Shown here one piece after another: positions 49,631-63,090 of a stretch of 64,000 bases of DNA. The stretch's first letter is position 1, and each line of letters begins with the position of its first letter. The stretch is from Myxococcales bacterium (lineage in GTDB: Bacteria; Myxococcota_A; Polyangia; Polyangiales; DASUME01). The notes under the pieces are model-generated. The model was not told the origin of the DNA and did not search any database. It saw nothing but the letters and a program-made list of their open reading frames with translations. The stretch is from positions 8,672,001 to 8,736,000 of the forward strand of contig JASGJH010000001.1 of assembly GCA_047601445.1 (NCBI GenBank), read 5' to 3'. Position numbers and translations under genes: made by a program.

Positions 49631-50341
49631 TCAGTTGAGCCAGCGCTTGGGGTCCTTGTCGCCGCCAGCGCCGCCTTTAACAGCGTGCAAACGGCCACCA
49701 CCGCGCACACCAGGCGCGCGCTTGGCCTTGCGGGGCGCTCGCTGCATCCACTTGCAGAAGGAGATGCCGCCGGCGATGGCGCCGCAGTCCGCCGCCAGCT
49801 GGGCGGCGTCACGGGAGGTCAGAAAGCCCAATACACTCAGGCCGATGACCACCAGGATCAGGTGCTGAGCACGCATCGGAAACAATCCGAAAAAGCTGAC
49901 CTCGGCCTGCGGAGGCAGCATCACCGCGTAGCCCGCGATGGCGGCCAGCGTGATGGTCTCGGGGCCCGACAGATTGCCGGCCATGGAAGGCAGGAGCTGA
50001 CCCACGAGGAGCGCCGGCACGCCTGCCGATACGGCGGCCACCGCCGCCAGCTGCACCACCTTGGTTTGCCCGTAGCGCGCTTCGAAGGGCGCCAGGATCA
50101 ACCAGATGAACGCCAGGCTAATGGCGAGCGAGAACACAATCCCTGGCACCGGCGGCACCACGAACACGTGGGTCAGCAGCTGCCAGGCCGTGGCCGGCGA
50201 GATCCGCGTGGTGGTCAGCGATAGGAGCTGGAACACGGGCACGCCGAGGAAGTTCTGGAGAACGGCCTCGAGGACGAACAGGCACCCCAGCGCGATCAGA
50301 AGCGCACGGACCGCCGGAGTGAGAGGTGGGAAGCGCAGCAC
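49631..50341 (-). CDS. Rhomboid-like intramembrane protein
   Basis: TPAVRALL, WQLLTHVF, multiple TM helices; catalytic GxS and His not seen. Confidence 0.7.
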   Translation of the reverse strand: MLRFPPLTPAVRALLIALGCLFVLEAVLQNFLGVPVFQLLSLTTTRISPATAWQLLTHVFVVPPVPGIVFSLAISLAFIWLILAPFEARYGQTKVVQLAAVAAVSAGVPALLVGQLLPSMAGNLSGPETITLAAIAGYAVMLPPQAEVSFFGLFPMRAQHLILVVIGLSVLGFLTSRDAAQLAADCGAIAGGISFCKWMQRAPRKAKRAPGVRGGGRLHAVKGGAGGDKDPKRWLN

Positions 50342-50381
50342 CCTTTCAGCCTAGAGAGCGTTCTGATGAACCGCAAGCCCG

Positions 50382-51161
50382 TCACGGGGCCGTAAACGAC
50401 ACGGCAGGCAATTGGACTGCGCCAGCTTGCTCGACCAGCACCGGGATCGGGTCGGACTCTTGCACCACCGTGTAGTTCGTCTCGGATGTGTAGTTGAGTG
50501 CGACGTACGTAACCTGATAGTCCCCGGCGTTGAGCAGCGGCGTACCCGAGTCGAGCGCGCCCGTGTCGCAGGTCGTGAAGAGCGCGCGATCGGGGTACTC
50601 GAAATCGAAGTCGAGCACCGAGTAGACCCACAATTCCACGCGGTTGATCCCGGCCGCCGCACAGTCCTGGGCGAGCTCGCCGGTGCCCACGCTGAACGAT
50701 CCGGTGACGGTGGCGATCTCGCCGCCCGGCGCGCGGGGGGCGAAGAAGTCGAGGGTGGGCAGCTCCACCGGCGTCACGTCGCCATAGTCCGCGACGAAGG
50801 TCCCCTCGGCGTTGATCAGGGACTCCCCGTGGGTGCCGATCATGTCCAGCTGGTAGCTGTAGACCGATCCGTAGACGAACCACTCGGTGCTCACGTAGCC
50901 GCCGTACGGATAGCCGTCGCTGAGCGTCAGCGTACGCCCGCAATCGCCCTCGATGGTGCGCTTGCGTGCGCCGTCCTGGACGGTGAGGCGCACCGATTGG
51001 ATGCCGTAGAAGTCGCAGTCGTCGGCCGAGGGAGCGAAGCCGTTGACCGCCCAACTCACGACCACTGCGTAGTCATCGGTGCTGCTGCAGCCGACGGCGG
51101 CGAGGCTCGCCCAAGCAAAGAAGACCAGGGCCAGCCGGAGCCGCGAGGAGAAACCGCTCAT
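50382..51161 (-). CDS. Hypothetical lipoprotein with two repeated beta domains
   Basis: Lipobox AVGC; repeated C...GI..V.L.V...C..G pattern. Confidence 0.7.
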   Translation of the reverse strand: MSGFSSRLRLALVFFAWASLAAVGCSSTDDYAVVVSWAVNGFAPSADDCDFYGIQSVRLTVQDGARKRTIEGDCGRTLTLSDGYPYGGYVSTEWFVYGSVYSYQLDMIGTHGESLINAEGTFVADYGDVTPVELPTLDFFAPRAPGGEIATVTGSFSVGTGELAQDCAAAGINRVELWVYSVLDFDFEYPDRALFTTCDTGALDSGTPLLNAGDYQVTYVALNYTSETNYTVVQESDPIPVLVEQAGAVQLPAVSFTAP

Positions 51162-51532
51162 GGCTTCCATCCTAGCAAGATGATGGCGCGCAGGGGTTGA
51201 CGCCGAAAACGACATGCTTAGCTTGCCGTAGAGCGAGACGGGGTGAGGCCGGAAAGGCCCCGCCAAGTCAGCGAAAACAAACTTTGTTTTAGTTCGCGCA
51301 CGGCGTCGTGCGCGGCCGGAAATACCGGGTTTGTATTGGGCTTGGGCGGGACTTGCTTCCGCGTCCTGAGCTCCCCCAGACAGGGTGCAAACACTCTGCT
51401 CGCGCTGCGTTCCCCACCAGGGCGCTGCTGCGTTCGGGACTGCTCTACGAGCGAACCGACTGGGGAGAAATTCGTCCTCCGTTCGCGCCAGCCGGGCGCC
51501 CCGAATCAACCACGCACCACAGGAGAATGAAC

Positions 51533-51949
51533 ATGTTGACCGTATGGGATCCTTTTGCCGACCTCAACCGCATGCACCGCGACATCGAGCGCAACTTCTT
51601 CGGTCCACGCACGCGAGGCGCCGACTTCGCGCCGGCAGTGGACGTACACGAGGACGCCGAGTCGCTCGTCCTGCGCGCTGAGTTGCCGGGAGTGAAGCGC
51701 GAGGACGTCGAGATCGGAATCGACGGTAACGTGCTCACCCTCAAGGGCGAGCGGAAGCTCGAGAAGGAAGAGAGCGGCCGCAAATATCACCGCATCGAGC
51801 GCAGCTATGGCTCCTTCGTACGCCAGTTCCAGCTGCCCACCAACGTCGACGCCACTACGGTGGACGCCAAACTGACCGACGGGGTGCTGACGCTACGCCT
51901 GCCGAAAAAAGCCGAACTCAAGGCACGCAAAATTGAAGTAAAATCTTGA
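51533..51949 (+). CDS. Hsp20/alpha-crystallin small heat-shock protein
   Basis: WDPF, PAVDVHE, ELPGV, ERSYGSFVRQFQLP, DGVLTLRLPK; AGGAG RBS. Confidence 0.95.
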   Translation: MLTVWDPFADLNRMHRDIERNFFGPRTRGADFAPAVDVHEDAESLVLRAELPGVKREDVEIGIDGNVLTLKGERKLEKEESGRKYHRIERSYGSFVRQFQLPTNVDATTVDAKLTDGVLTLRLPKKAELKARKIEVKS

Positions 51950-51983
51950 GCTCGCGGTTTACTCTGCGAACGCATCTGTGACG

Positions 51984-52020
51984 AAAAAACCGCTGGGCGT
52001 CGATGGTGACGCCCAGCGGT
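51984..52020. terminator. Terminator hairpin between convergent hsp20 and sucA
   Basis: 13-bp perfect stem accgctgggcgtc/gacgcccagcggt; A-run gives a U-tract on the minus strand. Confidence 0.75.
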
Positions 52021-52099
52021 CCTCCTAATTTGGCTGCGGCGCCGTCCGGGGGCTGCCGCAGGTCGAGACCGCGACCCACTCCAGCGCGGGTCTCTGGGG

Positions 52100-55015
<2,916 letters not shown>

Positions 55016-55306
55016 AACCCCACTCGCTTGCCGGATGTTTTACGTTCGTTCGCAGGCGCTGCGACGACTGGCCGCAGGTCGAAAGCGCGCGGTCTCGCGC
55101 GCGAGCAAAAACCCGGCTCTAAACGGCCGGACCTTACCCCGGAAGGGCCCTCCTTGCTAGCGCGAGAACCGACCCTACATGCAGGCGAGAGTACACCCAA
55201 TATTTCTAGTCTTTTTCGAATATTTCCGCGTATATGCCCTGACGTGGAATGCCGCAGTGCGGCATGTCTCCGTTTGGCTCACGCACGTGCTTTCGGAGGA
55301 GTTTTC

Positions 55307-55684
55307 ATGCATCGAACGTTCTTGACGCTGGCGGCGGTATTCGGTTGCCTGGCCGTGGGTTTGGGAGCGTTCGGCGCTCACGGTCTTGCGGGGCGCATGG
55401 CCGCCCTGCCCGACGGGGCGCAGCGGCTCGAGTGGTGGAAGACGGCCGCGCTGTACCACCTGATGCACGCACTAGCGTTGGCACTCGCCGCAGGCCTGCT
55501 CGGTGAGGCGCGGGCGGGGCGCGTAGCCTGCTTCGCCTTCAGCATCGGCATCCTGCTCTTTTCCGGCAGCCTGTACACGATGACCCTGACCGGCGTTCGC
55601 GTGCTCGGCGCCGTGACGCCGTTCGGGGGACTCTCGCTGATGGTGGGCTGGCTCGCGATGGCGGTGGCCGCGTACCGACCTTGA
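55307..55684 (+). CDS. DUF423 (YgdD/TMEM256) membrane protein
   Basis: LGAFGAHGL, YHLMHALAL, LFSGSLY, TPFGG; GGAGG RBS. Confidence 0.9.
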   Translation: MHRTFLTLAAVFGCLAVGLGAFGAHGLAGRMAALPDGAQRLEWWKTAALYHLMHALALALAAGLLGEARAGRVACFAFSIGILLFSGSLYTMTLTGVRVLGAVTPFGGLSLMVGWLAMAVAAYRP

Positions 55685-55726
55685 GTCTGGGAGCCCAGCG
55701 CGGCCGGTCGAGCGCGCCTGACCGGG

Positions 55727-56533
55727 TCAGCCGCCGCGCAGAAGGCGCTGGGCGGCTTGGCGTACCGTGGTCGGGTAGGCGGTCTGCTGGGGCACCAGCT
55801 TGAGCTCACGCGCGCTGAGGCAACGCAGCACCTTGAGGGCGCTGTCGGTGGGAAGGCGCGGGTTGGCCAGCAAGGCGCGGCGTACGACGGGCAGGCGGAT
55901 CCATTGCTCGTTGTTGGCGATGAGCTCGAGCAGGGGGCGCGGCAGGGTGCCTTTGCGCGCCATGGCGGCCACCTCGGGCACGCTGATACGCGGATTATGC
56001 AGGAGCATCTCCCACACCACGTTGCCGTAGATGCGCTCCAGCAGGACGCGATCTTCGAGTACCGGGCCCTGGGCCACCTTCATGCGGGCCGCGGCGGGCA
56101 GATTGCGCAGCCGGTCGCGGCGTTCTTGGCTCAGGTTCAGACGCGGGCGCGGCGTGCCCTCGGCATCGGGCTCATCGAACTCGGCGAGCTCGTCGAGTGG
56201 GGATTCCCCCTCGAGTTCGTGGGACTCGAGGTCGGGACACGAGGGCTCGGCGGCGACGAATGCCTGCAGCGAGGCCCGCGCTTGCTCGCCGCGATCGGTG
56301 AACTGCACGGCCACGCCGGCCATCGGTCCCTCGGCCTGCACCATCACGACTTCACAGGCGATGTGGAGCTGGTCCGGCAGTTCTGGGTGCTGCAGCACGA
56401 GCGTGCACGGGCTGAACAGCTCGAAGCCTTTGGCGCCGCCCACGAAGGCCCGTCCGTGCGCGAGGTTCGCACCTAGCTCGCGCAGGAGTGCCGCGCGGTC
56501 GGGGAAGCTCAGGTAGAGGGTGCTGCCCGGCAT
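55727..56533 (-). CDS. Hypothetical protein, PilZ-like N-terminal barrel plus helical repeat domain
   Basis: NL..G.AFV...C.VV....GVAVQF; LLHNPRI and ALLANPRLP repeats. Confidence 0.55.
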   Translation of the reverse strand: MPGSTLYLSFPDRAALLRELGANLAHGRAFVGGAKGFELFSPCTLVLQHPELPDQLHIACEVVMVQAEGPMAGVAVQFTDRGEQARASLQAFVAAEPSCPDLESHELEGESPLDELAEFDEPDAEGTPRPRLNLSQERRDRLRNLPAAARMKVAQGPVLEDRVLLERIYGNVVWEMLLHNPRISVPEVAAMARKGTLPRPLLELIANNEQWIRLPVVRRALLANPRLPTDSALKVLRCLSARELKLVPQQTAYPTTVRQAAQRLLRGG

Positions 56534-56673
56534 GGCTACCTCGCTAGCGGGGGAGCCGAGGGCTCCCGAAATAGCGACCCTCGACGCAGCGGCAGCCGCG
56601 TCGAGTGCTCAGGCTAACACAGGCCCCAGCGGGCGCGGAATTCGTGTGGGGCGCGGCCTCAGCGCCGAGGCGC

Positions 56674-57759
56674 TCAGTGCGGCGAGCCCATGCCCTGCGC
56701 CCCCAGCTGCTGCTGGAGCTGGCGCAGCAGCTCGGGCGGGATTTGCTGCCCGCCGCCACCCGCCATGTCCGGCATCTCGGGCGCGGCCGGGGCTGCTCCT
56801 TCCTTCTTTTCGGGTTCCTGGAAGGCGCTGGCGTCGCTGCTGAAGCGATCGGCGGTGAACTTGGAGATCTTGAAGATGACGGGATTGCCCACGAGTCGCA
56901 GGGCGGTCTCGCCGGCTGCGCCGTCGGCCTTGCCGAGCTCGAGCGTGGCCTTGCTGCCGTCGGCCTTGGTGAGCTCGACCGTGGCGCTGGGGGTGCTGAG
57001 CCCGGCCGACTCCGGCGTCGCGTCCGGAGCCGCGAAATCGCTGGCGCGCAGCCGGGCGAAGGTGGAGCTCAAGCTCTGCACTTTGGCGTCGGAGTAGCGC
57101 TCGATGGGCTTCTCCTTCTTGGCCAGCACCTGGGTCCATTTGCCCTCGGGTCCAGCAGCCTTCTCGAACTTGAAGGTGCCCTTGGGCGAGTTGATGCTCA
57201 GGCCCGTGAGGTCCTTCGAGTCGATATCGAGGATCACGCGATCGCGGAAGCTCTTGAGGTCCTTGTCGAACGCATAGCGAATGGCGCCCTTGACGCTCAC
57301 CACCGCGTCTTGGCCCTCGCTGCGCACCATCGTGCTTCCGCTCTTGGTGGCGCCCAAGTAGAGGTCGGCGATTTGCTTATCGCCCTGCTTCACCTTCACG
57401 TGCAGGGCCTGGGCGGCGTCGACCTCGAGCCGCGCGTGGTTCTCCTTGCGGGTGGCGGTGACACCAGTGACCTCGAGCTCGGCGAGCTTCTCGAGCAACG
57501 CGTCCACGGCGCTCTGATCGGCCTTGGCCGCGAGCGGCGCGCTGATGCTCCAGCCGCCTTCGGCCTTGCTCAGCGTCACGTTGCCCTTCTTGGGGTTGTC
57601 GATCTCGACGCTGGTGATCTCGTCCTTCTTGATGGTCGGCAGGCTGACCTGGGGCTTCTCGATGGTGGTCTCGGCCTCGCGCGAGCGCACCGCAGCAGCG
57701 GCGGCCCCACCCAGGCCAAGGAAAACGATCACGGCGATCAACAGGCGGTTCTTGTTCAC
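56674..57759 (-). CDS. DUF4340 domain protein
   Basis: N-terminal TM; two repeats of W.....AD...V..LL..LA.L; last gene of the Gld-like operon. Confidence 0.8.
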   Translation of the reverse strand: MNKNRLLIAVIVFLGLGGAAAAAVRSREAETTIEKPQVSLPTIKKDEITSVEIDNPKKGNVTLSKAEGGWSISAPLAAKADQSAVDALLEKLAELEVTGVTATRKENHARLEVDAAQALHVKVKQGDKQIADLYLGATKSGSTMVRSEGQDAVVSVKGAIRYAFDKDLKSFRDRVILDIDSKDLTGLSINSPKGTFKFEKAAGPEGKWTQVLAKKEKPIERYSDAKVQSLSSTFARLRASDFAAPDATPESAGLSTPSATVELTKADGSKATLELGKADGAAGETALRLVGNPVIFKISKFTADRFSSDASAFQEPEKKEGAAPAAPEMPDMAGGGGQQIPPELLRQLQQQLGAQGMGSPH

Positions 57760-57790
57760 GGTAGTCCTCTCGGCGCGTCGCGGACAGGCG

Positions 57791-59518
57791 TCAAAGGGCG
57801 ATGTTCTTGCGCTTCTTCTTGCGCGACTGCCAGCGCAAGAGGCCGAAGCCCAGCAGCAAGAGGGGCATCAGAGCCACGTTGAGGAGCTTGTAGCGACCCT
57901 TGGCCTGATCCCAGTTGTCGAGGGCGCTCTTGCGCTTGTCGAGCGCGGCTTGGGCACCGCTCTCGTCGCCCTGCTTGGCGGCGTCCTTGATCTCGGCTTC
58001 GGCCTCTTTCACGGTGGCCGGCACTTCGATGAGCGGGTCCTCCACGCTCTTGGCGCGCACGGCGATGAGCGCGTCTTCCTGGGCCAACCAATCGATGGCG
58101 TTGAGGCCGAAGGCGATGGTGCTGTTGATCTCGCGCTCGCCGCTGCGGCCGGGCGGCGGCAAGAACTCGTCGCGCAGAAAGCCGCTCGAGCCCACCACCA
58201 GGACGTGCACGGGAACGGCGGCCCGCTCGGGTCCACGCGGTCCCTGGGGCGCGGCGCCCTCGGCGCTGCTCACCGCTTCGGCGCGGAAGGCCGAAGGCAA
58301 CTTGCCCTCCACGGCGATGGCCACCGGGAACGGACCGCGGTCTTGTCCCAGGACCCACTCGCGCGGATGGCGCGGCTTGAGGTCGATGGACTCGCCGCCG
58401 AGCAGCCAGGAGTTCTTGGTGGTGCGGGCGAGCACCGTGACCTTGGCGTCCTTGTCCGCCTTGAGCTCGCCGGTCTCCTTGAGCTCGGCGCCGAAGGGTA
58501 GATACACCTGGTCGAGCTTGTAGCTCGCAGGGTGCTTCGACTGCTCGTCGTCGAACGCGATGACGGGCACGGGCGGGAACGCCACGGGCAGCTGGATGCC
58601 GAACTGGGTGCGCAGGGGCGCCTGGCCGCACTGTGCGTCGGCCACCACGTGGTTGCCGAGCTTCACGCCCCACTTCTCGAGCAGACGATTGAGGCCGCTC
58701 TCCACGGGCGTGGCCGTGAGCTCGGCCTGCTCCTGCTTGACCTTGAGCGAACCGCCGAACACGCCGAGGCTGCCTCCGTTCATCACGTAGGCGTCGATGT
58801 TGCGCAACTCGTCGTCGGTGAGGGGCGTCTCGGGGGCCACCACGAGCAGCGCCTGGAGCGCCTTGTCGATGGAGTTGGCCGCACTGACCTCGACCATGTC
58901 GTAGGTGGGCAAGAGCTGCTTCAGTGCCGTCAGGCCCTGGGCCAGGGTGGCGCCCTCGTGGCCGGTAAGCACGCCGATCTTGGTCTTCTCGCCGGCAAGC
59001 TCGCGCAGCGTCTGAGTGATGTCGTACTCGAGGCCTTCGGTACCGGAGACGGCGGCGATGGCGCGCCGCTCACCGAGGTAGTTGAAGACGATGCCGCGGT
59101 AGCCTTCCACCACCTGCACTGCGTCGTTCTCGATCTTCTGGTGCGCCACGCGCTGCACACCCTCGGCCTCGGCCTGCTTCGCCAGCTCCTCGGATTCCGC
59201 GGGGTTCACGAAGCGGAGCTTGAGCTTGCCCTTGGAAGCCGCCGCGTACTCCTCGAGCAAGTCGCGCACGTAGCGCTCGGTCGCGTTGAAGGGCGGCGGC
59301 AGGTCCTTGGTGAAGTAGGCGGTGACCTCGAGGTTGTCCTCGAGGCCGGCCACGGCGCGCTTGCTGCCGTCCGACAGCGAGAAGAGCTTGTTCTTGGTCA
59401 CATCGATGCGACCGAAGAAGAACACGCCGAGCACGTTGAGCAGAACCAGGATGCCAGCGACGGCGCCGAGGAAGGCGATCGATTCGGTGGCGGCACGGGT
59501 GCGTTTGTTCATCGCCAT
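57791..59518 (-). CDS. GldG-like ABC transporter auxiliary component
   Basis: RIDVTKNKLFSLS, VRDLLEEY, LEYDIT, NAIDWL, C-terminal TM. Confidence 0.85.
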   Translation of the reverse strand: MAMNKRTRAATESIAFLGAVAGILVLLNVLGVFFFGRIDVTKNKLFSLSDGSKRAVAGLEDNLEVTAYFTKDLPPPFNATERYVRDLLEEYAAASKGKLKLRFVNPAESEELAKQAEAEGVQRVAHQKIENDAVQVVEGYRGIVFNYLGERRAIAAVSGTEGLEYDITQTLRELAGEKTKIGVLTGHEGATLAQGLTALKQLLPTYDMVEVSAANSIDKALQALLVVAPETPLTDDELRNIDAYVMNGGSLGVFGGSLKVKQEQAELTATPVESGLNRLLEKWGVKLGNHVVADAQCGQAPLRTQFGIQLPVAFPPVPVIAFDDEQSKHPASYKLDQVYLPFGAELKETGELKADKDAKVTVLARTTKNSWLLGGESIDLKPRHPREWVLGQDRGPFPVAIAVEGKLPSAFRAEAVSSAEGAAPQGPRGPERAAVPVHVLVVGSSGFLRDEFLPPPGRSGEREINSTIAFGLNAIDWLAQEDALIAVRAKSVEDPLIEVPATVKEAEAEIKDAAKQGDESGAQAALDKRKSALDNWDQAKGRYKLLNVALMPLLLLGFGLLRWQSRKKKRKNIAL

Positions 59519-59525
59519 GGCTATC

Positions 59526-60236
59526 TCACTTCCAACGACGGCTTTCGAGGGATCGGAACGCAAGCCCGAGGCTCAGCGCGATCACGGTCAGGAAGAACAA
59601 CAAGTCGCGCGTGTCGACGACGCCGCGCTCCATGCTGTTGGCGTGGTAGCCGAAGGAGAGCCACTCGAACACGGAGGCACTGCCCTCGGGCAAGAAGTAG
59701 AGGAACTTACCGATCAGGCCGAAGAAGCCGCAGATGCCCAGGCCCACCACCAGCGCCACGAGCTGGTTGTTGGTCCAGCTCGAGCTCATCACGCCGATAG
59801 CCAGGAAGGCGGCGCCCGACAGGAACAGCCCGAGGTAACCGGCAGCTGCCGCGCCCCAGTCGAGCGGTCCGAGGCTCGCCACGGAAAAGGCCTGGGGCAA
59901 GGTGAGCGCGAGCAGGATGGCGAACATCCCGACTGCACCCAGGTACTTGCCCACGATGACCTCCGCATCGCGCACGGGGTAGGTGATCAAGAGCTCGAGG
60001 GTGCCGGTGCGCTTCTCCTCGGCGATCAGGCCCATGGTGAGCGCGGGCGCCGCGATGGCGCTCAAGGTGAAGGCCCAGAAGAAGAACTGGCGGAGCGATG
60101 CGCGCTGTTCGAGGAAGAAGCTGTTCCAGAACAGGATGCCGGTCAGCACCAGGAACAAGCAGCCCACGATGTAGGCCGCCGGGCTGTTGAAGTAGCTGCG
60201 AAACTCGCGGCGCGCGATGGTCAGGGTGTTCTGCAT
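59526..60236 (-). CDS. GldF-like ABC-2 permease
   Basis: IARREFRSYFNSP, TMGLIAEEKRTGTLELL, RGVVDTRD. Confidence 0.88.
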   Translation of the reverse strand: MQNTLTIARREFRSYFNSPAAYIVGCLFLVLTGILFWNSFFLEQRASLRQFFFWAFTLSAIAAPALTMGLIAEEKRTGTLELLITYPVRDAEVIVGKYLGAVGMFAILLALTLPQAFSVASLGPLDWGAAAAGYLGLFLSGAAFLAIGVMSSSWTNNQLVALVVGLGICGFFGLIGKFLYFLPEGSASVFEWLSFGYHANSMERGVVDTRDLLFFLTVIALSLGLAFRSLESRRWK

Positions 60237-60238
60237 GT

Positions 60239-61192
<954 letters not shown>

Positions 61193-61425
61193 CGCTGACC
61201 CCACCCCTGTCGAAGCGCGCGTTTGCGCGCGAGCAATCCACTGTTGTCAGACATGAGGCACGCCCATCGGGGTGCGCCTCGCCAACTCGGCCGCGCGACG
61301 ATACTTGGCGTCGCTGGGCTGTCAACAACCGGGGTAGGGCATCAAGACCCACCGGGTCGTGCGCACAAACGCCGATGGTTCGGGCTTATTCCAGCGGTCG
61401 CAGCGGATTTTTTCGAGAGCGCCCC

Positions 61426-62412
61426 TTAGTGCACGTAGGACCAGTCGACCTCGGGTACGAGCTCCAGGTGAACGTGGTTCTGGTGGGCGCGATCGTGGTG
61501 TGGGGTGATCACCACCTGGAAGAGGTCGCGCTCGACGGCATCGCACACGATCTTGCGCAGCAGTTTGCCCTTCTCCTCTTCGCTGCGCCGCACGGGGCAG
61601 GGATCGCCGCCCCGCTCACGCTCATCCCAGTCGAGATCCACGTCCAGCACGGTGCCGTCTCGCATGTGAAAACGTGCGGCGTCGATGGCCAGGGCCCGCG
61701 CGTGTCCACTCGAGCGGCGGCTCGCGCGCACCCGCGCACCCGGCCTGTAGGTGGAATAGTGCTCCACCTTCACCACGCCGGCCTCCTGCAGAGAGGGCGC
61801 CCAGGCGAGCAGCGCAACGGCCAGGCGGCAGTCCACCATGCCGTGCTCGGAGGCCCCATTTTTCGGCCCAAAACTCACGCCTTCCAGCGGGGACAGCAGA
61901 TACACGGGCTCGGCCACGTGGGGCGCCGCGTCGTCGGGCACCGACTCGAAGCGCACACCCGCACGGTCGAGCAGGCGCCGGCATTCACCAGGATGCAGTG
62001 AGGCGATGTCGCGGCCGCTCGGGAGGTTCGTACTGGCCACGCGCACGCGCATGGGGGACGGGGCGTCTCGTCGATCGGAGGAGGCGATCTGGACGTCGCT
62101 GGCTCGCGCCTTGGGCAAGCTGCGCGCGCCGTAGCGAGAGCCCGCGTAGGGGCAGCAGGCGCACAGGCTCACGAGCAGCCCGAGCAAGAGATGGAAGCGC
62201 GACGCTCCCTGAGTTAGCGCGCGGACCTTCGTGAGCGCAGCGAACCTCGCGGAGGGGTGGACCCCGGGGTGTCGTGAGCGCAGCGAACCTCGCGGTGAGG
62301 TGGGCCCCGGCGCGGCTTCGCCGCGACGGGCGGGGAGGTCGGGTGACCTCCCCGAAAAAAGTCGCGACGGGCCGGAAGGGCGCGTGCCCTCCCCGAACAT
62401 AGAGCGGACCAT
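61426..62412 (-). CDS. Extensin-like C-terminal domain protein; start uncertain
   Basis: C.LA.AL..W, SGHARALAID, HQNHVHLE; lipobox-like LCAC near 62150; the 5' part of the ORF runs through repeats. Confidence 0.75.
   Translation of the reverse strand: MVRSMFGEGTRPSGPSRLFSGRSPDLPARRGEAAPGPTSPRGSLRSRHPGVHPSARFAALTKVRALTQGASRFHLLLGLLVSLCACCPYAGSRYGARSLPKARASDVQIASSDRRDAPSPMRVRVASTNLPSGRDIASLHPGECRRLLDRAGVRFESVPDDAAPHVAEPVYLLSPLEGVSFGPKNGASEHGMVDCRLAVALLAWAPSLQEAGVVKVEHYSTYRPGARVRASRRSSGHARALAIDAARFHMRDGTVLDVDLDWDERERGGDPCPVRRSEEEKGKLLRKIVCDAVERDLFQVVITPHHDRAHQNHVHLELVPEVDWSYVH
62230..62395. repeat. Cluster of palindromic repeat modules: partial 62230-62266, full 62273-62354, variant 62364-62395
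   Basis: cgtgagcgcagcgaacctcgcgg twice; ggggaggtc..gacctcccc and gggcgcgtgccc hairpins. Confidence 0.9.
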
Positions 62413-62451
62413 GTCCTACATCAGACCCGCTGGGCCCGCACCGGGTCAAAA

Positions 62452-63090
62452 TTAGGGAATTCGCAGCGCTATGGAGGACACGCCGACGCGCCCCGCTGCT
62501 GCGGATTTGTTCAGCAGCTCGGTGATCTGCCGCGTGGGCAGGCCCGGATCGCTCGCCAGCGCGGCGCCCACGCTCTGCAGGCTCTCGTCGCAGAACGCTG
62601 GCAGGGAGCCGGCCACCACCAGATCGCCCGGCTCGGCGCGCTCGCTGCAGAAGCTCGGGCGGGCCTTGAGTAGACCTTCCGCTCGATCTTCGCGCGGGGT
62701 GAGCCGCTTCACCTGGTCGCGCCGACGCAAGTACGCGCGCACCGGCCCCACGCTCAACACGTGCACGTAGCCAGCCTCGACGGCTACGGCCACCAGGCCC
62801 ACGTCACAGCGCCGGCGCTCGACCAGCGCCTCCACGCGCACCTTTAGTCGCGTACCGGCCGCGTCGAGTCCCTGGTGCAGTCGCGTCACCACACGGCCAT
62901 CGTGCGGACGGGCGAGACCTTCCTCGAAGCCCTGGAACGCGGCGTCGAGTCCGTAGCCCCAGAGCCGAGGGGGACCGAGCGCGCTCGCCAAGGCCAGGAT
63001 GGCGCCGTCTTCCAACACGCGAACATCGGTCTGACGAAGTTCACCGCGTGCGACTCCCGCACGATGGGCTGCACACGCGAATTCCATCAT
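62452..63090 (-). CDS. Degenerate PP2C-fold protein
   Basis: SVGPVRAYLRR..VKRLT and EPGDLVV match the PP2C layout; acidic metal ligands are absent. Confidence 0.55.
   Translation of the reverse strand: MMEFACAAHRAGVARGELRQTDVRVLEDGAILALASALGPPRLWGYGLDAAFQGFEEGLARPHDGRVVTRLHQGLDAAGTRLKVRVEALVERRRCDVGLVAVAVEAGYVHVLSVGPVRAYLRRRDQVKRLTPREDRAEGLLKARPSFCSERAEPGDLVVAGSLPAFCDESLQSVGAALASDPGLPTRQITELLNKSAAAGRVGVSSIALRIP

Noticed and set aside
55240..55262. Sigma54 promoter (TGGAATG...GTGC)
   Set aside because: GG-GC spacing is off by one base
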